Shown here: in pieces, positions 60,999 to 64,000 of the stretch
How the letters are laid out: every line of letters begins with the position of its first letter
Numbering within the stretch: the stretch's first letter is position 1
Source: Promethearchaeota archaeon Loki_b32
GTDB taxonomy: Archaea; Asgardarchaeota; Lokiarchaeia; Sigyniarchaeales; SOKP01
Reading direction: 5' to 3'
Assembly (NCBI GenBank): GCA_005223125.1
Contig: NJBH01000019.1
Coordinates: 1 to 64,000 of the forward strand
DNA length: 64,000 nucleotides
Translations under genes and position numbers: made by a program
Notes under the pieces: generated by a model
Told to the model about the DNA's origin: nothing
The model's input: the letters and a program-made list of their open reading frames with translations, nothing else
The model's database searches: none

Positions 60999-62045
60999 GT
61001 GTTTTTAATGAAATATGTAGAATTAGCGGGTAATAAATTTGAAGTAAAAAATGGATTTCTTGATTTAAGCCTTTTAGAGATAAAAGATATTACTGAAATA
61101 CAAGGATTATCTAAAGTAAGAGATTTAAAGAATTTTGAATTGAGTTCAAATGATATTCTACATATAAAAGGACTGGATGAACTAATAGAGTTAGAAATAT
61201 TAAACTTAGGTAGTAATAAAATTATACAAATTAAAGGGTTAGATAATTTAGATAACCTCAAAATATTGCATCTAATAAGCAATCAAATAAAGGAAATTAA
61301 AGGATTAGAGAATTTAAAGAACTTAGAAGAGTTGTATTTGAGAGGAAACCAATTAACAGAATTAAAAGGGTTAGATGGATTAAATTCTTTAAAAAGATTA
61401 GATCTTTCTTGGAATGAAATTACAGAAATTAAAGGATTTGAAGAACTGAAAAATCTAGAAGTATTATGGATTGCAGGCAATCAATTACAAGAAATAACAA
61501 ATCTTGAGAATTTAGTAAATTTAGAGGTTTTAAATCTGGCGGGAAACCAAATTAAGCGAGTAGAAGGATTAAATAATCTAAAAAATTTAAAAAGTCTTTA
61601 TTTAAATAATAATTCACTTGAAGAAATACAAGGTTTAAATGAGTTAGAAAGGTTAGAAACACTTTGGCTCAACACCAACCAAATTTCAGAAATTAGAGGA
61701 TTGGACAATTGCAAAGATTTAAGAATTTTAAATTTAAAGCAAAATGATATTAAACATATTAGAGGATTACATCCCTTAAGTAATTTGGAAAATTTTTTTC
61801 TTTCAGAAAATAATATAGGGGAAATTAAAGGACTTGAGACATTAACTAAATTAGAAACACTTGATTTAGGGCAAAATCATATAATACAAGTTAAGGGATT
61901 AGAGTCTTTAGTAAATTTGAAAGATTTATGGTTAGCTGATAATCTTATCCCTCAGAAGGTATTAGACCAATTAGGAGGGCTTGATTCAGGGGGATATGCA
62001 AATGATCCTTTAAAATTTGTTCAATATTGCCTTGTAAATTTATAA
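60999..62045 (+). CDS. Leucine-rich repeat protein (SDS22-like, 22-aa repeats)
   Basis: About 13 copies of LxxLxLxxNxIxxIxGLxxLxx. Confidence 0.92.
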   Translation: MFLMKYVELAGNKFEVKNGFLDLSLLEIKDITEIQGLSKVRDLKNFELSSNDILHIKGLDELIELEILNLGSNKIIQIKGLDNLDNLKILHLISNQIKEIKGLENLKNLEELYLRGNQLTELKGLDGLNSLKRLDLSWNEITEIKGFEELKNLEVLWIAGNQLQEITNLENLVNLEVLNLAGNQIKRVEGLNNLKNLKSLYLNNNSLEEIQGLNELERLETLWLNTNQISEIRGLDNCKDLRILNLKQNDIKHIRGLHPLSNLENFFLSENNIGEIKGLETLTKLETLDLGQNHIIQVKGLESLVNLKDLWLADNLIPQKVLDQLGGLDSGGYANDPLKFVQYCLVNL

Positions 62046-62158
62046 ATTCCTTTTTTAGAAATTTTTTATATAATTAAAAAATAATATTAGAGATCATATA
62101 TCTTACATAATTCTTTTAAATGTTATTTAAAATTAGAATTTTAAAAAGGTAAAAAAAT

Positions 62159-63409
62159 ATGGAATTAACTCCATTTGAGGTTGCCAAAAAGCAAATTGAT
62201 GTTGTTGCTGAAGAGATGGGATTGGATCCAAACTTAACTAAATATCTTAAGAGAGTAGAACGAGCATTAATAGTAACAATACCTGTTAGAATGGATGATG
62301 GGTCCCTTGAGATTTTCGAGGGTTATAGAGTTCATCATAGCACAGTAAGAGGCCCTGGAAAAGGAGGTTTAAGATATTCTCCAGAAGTAAATTTAGATGA
62401 GGTTAAAGCGTTAGCTATATGGATGACTTGGAAGTGTAGTCTTTTAAATTTACCTCTGGGGGGTGCCAAGGGAGGTGTATGCGTAGATCCTAGAAAGTTA
62501 TCTAAAAGAGAATTAGAACGACTTACCAGGAGATATACTTCTGAAATAATTAATATTATTGGGCCTGATATTGACATTCCCGCCCCAGATGTCAACACCA
62601 ATGCCCAGATCATGGCATGGATTATGGACACTTATTCGATGAATAAAGGAAGGTCTGTTCCTGGTGTTGTGACTGGAAAACCTATCGAGATCGGGGGATC
62701 TGTTGGTAGAGAATCTGCAACAGGAATGGGTTTATATTATACACTCGAGGCAATGTGTGAAAAACTAAATTTAGACTTTAAATCATATAAAATTGTTATC
62801 CAAGGCTTTGGAAATGTAGGAGGGACAATTGCAGAATTATTATTTAAGGAAGGATGCAAAGTTTTAGCAGTTTCAGATATATCTGGAGGACTTTATTATT
62901 CAGAGGGCTTGGAAATCGAAAAATTATTGAAGTGGACTAAAGAAGGAAATTATCTAAAAGATTATACTGATGAAAGATACGATTTGATAACAAATGAAGA
63001 ATTACTTTCTATTGAGTGTGACGTTTTAATCCCAGCGGCTCTAGAAAATCAGATAACAGAGAAAAATGCTAATGATATTAAATGTAAAATTATCTTAGAG
63101 GGCGCAAATGGGCCAGTGACACCTGAAGCAGACAAGATATTATTAAATAAGGGGATACATGTGATTCCAGATATTCTTGCTAATGGCGGTGGTGTTTGTG
63201 TCTCATATTTTGAATATGTTCAAGATATCCGAGCTTACTTTTGGGAATTAGACCGGATTAATAGGGAACTTAAAAAAATTATGTTAAAAGCGTTTGAAGA
63301 AGTATACGAACTATCTAAAGAAAGGAATATCCCTCTCCGTACAGCAGCATACATCATCGCCATATCAAGAATTGCGAAAGCTATTGAATTAAGGGGCATT
63401 TTTCCCTAA
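62159..63409 (+). CDS. gdhA: Glutamate dehydrogenase (Glu/Leu/Phe/Val DH family)
   Basis: GPGKGGLRY, GGAKGG, DIPAPDVNT, QGFGNVG, EGANGP. Confidence 0.93.
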   Translation: MELTPFEVAKKQIDVVAEEMGLDPNLTKYLKRVERALIVTIPVRMDDGSLEIFEGYRVHHSTVRGPGKGGLRYSPEVNLDEVKALAIWMTWKCSLLNLPLGGAKGGVCVDPRKLSKRELERLTRRYTSEIINIIGPDIDIPAPDVNTNAQIMAWIMDTYSMNKGRSVPGVVTGKPIEIGGSVGRESATGMGLYYTLEAMCEKLNLDFKSYKIVIQGFGNVGGTIAELLFKEGCKVLAVSDISGGLYYSEGLEIEKLLKWTKEGNYLKDYTDERYDLITNEELLSIECDVLIPAALENQITEKNANDIKCKIILEGANGPVTPEADKILLNKGIHVIPDILANGGGVCVSYFEYVQDIRAYFWELDRINRELKKIMLKAFEEVYELSKERNIPLRTAAYIIAISRIAKAIELRGIFP

Positions 63410-63526
63410 TTTTACTATTTTTATTTTCAATAGTCAATTTAATAATAACTCTTAATTTCAAAAATTCATAATTTAATAAATATAAATGGATTTATCTATA
63501 AAATTACATCTTTTTGTGAAATAAAA

Positions 63527-63949
63527 ATGATAAACATAGAAATGCCAGATGACTTAGTTTCATTGTCATTATTTAATATTTTTTCATACCGAAAAAATGA
63601 TAAAAAGTTCGTAAGAACTGTAAAAAATTGGAATAAAAAAATTGTGTTACATATGGAACCCTTTTATCCTATAACAATAATTTTTAATGGGATTAACATA
63701 AAATTCGAAAGGAAGGAATTAGAAGATACTGATTTAAAAGTAAAAATCCACATCAACACTATGCTTGATATTGCTTATGAGAGGTTAACTCCAATAGAGG
63801 CAATGGACCAGAATAAAATGGAGTTAGTAGGATTAGAAAAAGATCCAAAGATTATGCCTAAATTCTTCAATGTGTTTGTCACTTCGATGATAATGGTTGC
63901 TGCTGACCCGAATCTAAATTATTATGAAGTAAATAAAGAAACAAGATAA
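63527..63949 (+). CDS. SCP2-like (sterol/lipid carrier fold) protein
   Basis: DTDLKVKIHINTMLDIAYERLTPIEAMDQNKMELVG resembles the SCP2 C-terminal pattern. Confidence 0.55.
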   Translation: MINIEMPDDLVSLSLFNIFSYRKNDKKFVRTVKNWNKKIVLHMEPFYPITIIFNGINIKFERKELEDTDLKVKIHINTMLDIAYERLTPIEAMDQNKMELVGLEKDPKIMPKFFNVFVTSMIMVAADPNLNYYEVNKETR

Positions 63950-64000
63950 AAGGTGGAGTGAAATTACAAAAGCAAATGAAAGAAATATTTTTGAAAAAAT

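Overview
Low-GC archaeal DNA, most likely Asgard (Lokiarchaeia). This is inferred from the gene content: an SDS22-like LRR protein, a Loki-typical 'MKEYKINDYITLKLE...CKYLLL' N-terminal domain, and FKBP-like and zinc-ribbon membrane proteins. The window has three parts. (1) 1-3.9 kb: a small conflict/defence-like patch with a NYN RNase, a nucleotidyltransferase and a Macro-TIR gene cut off just inside its TIR domain. (2) About 3.92-38.83 kb: a ~35 kb integrated element bounded by two convergent truncated genes, with no recognisable integrase. It carries a strongly base-paired ~330 nt leader, an operon of unknown ORF + 778-aa archaeo-eukaryotic primase/polymerase (AEP) + RNase H-fold exonuclease + RHH protein (CTG start, missed by the ORF track), and a ParB-like gene with an internal palindrome. 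It also carries a cassette flanked by 41-bp direct repeats, a 6006-aa modular surface protein, a membrane-anchored Zn phospholipase C/P1-nuclease-family protein and further membrane cargo. (3) 39-64 kb: host-like chromosome with an IS256/Mutator-type IS (terminal inverted repeats, poly-T target duplication, one in-frame amber) and a class II ribonucleotide reductase. It also holds an expanded family of 2TM + left-handed beta-helix proteins resembling the terminal region of poly-amino-acid synthetases (Pls/PosA), interspersed with nitrilase, VapBC, epimerase, ADH and YkgJ and followed by AlaX, twin zinc ribbons, LRR, GDH and SCP2 genes. Several duplication scars are visible. No CRISPR array, rRNA or intact tRNA was seen. 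All family assignments are from motif recognition by eye, not from database searches.
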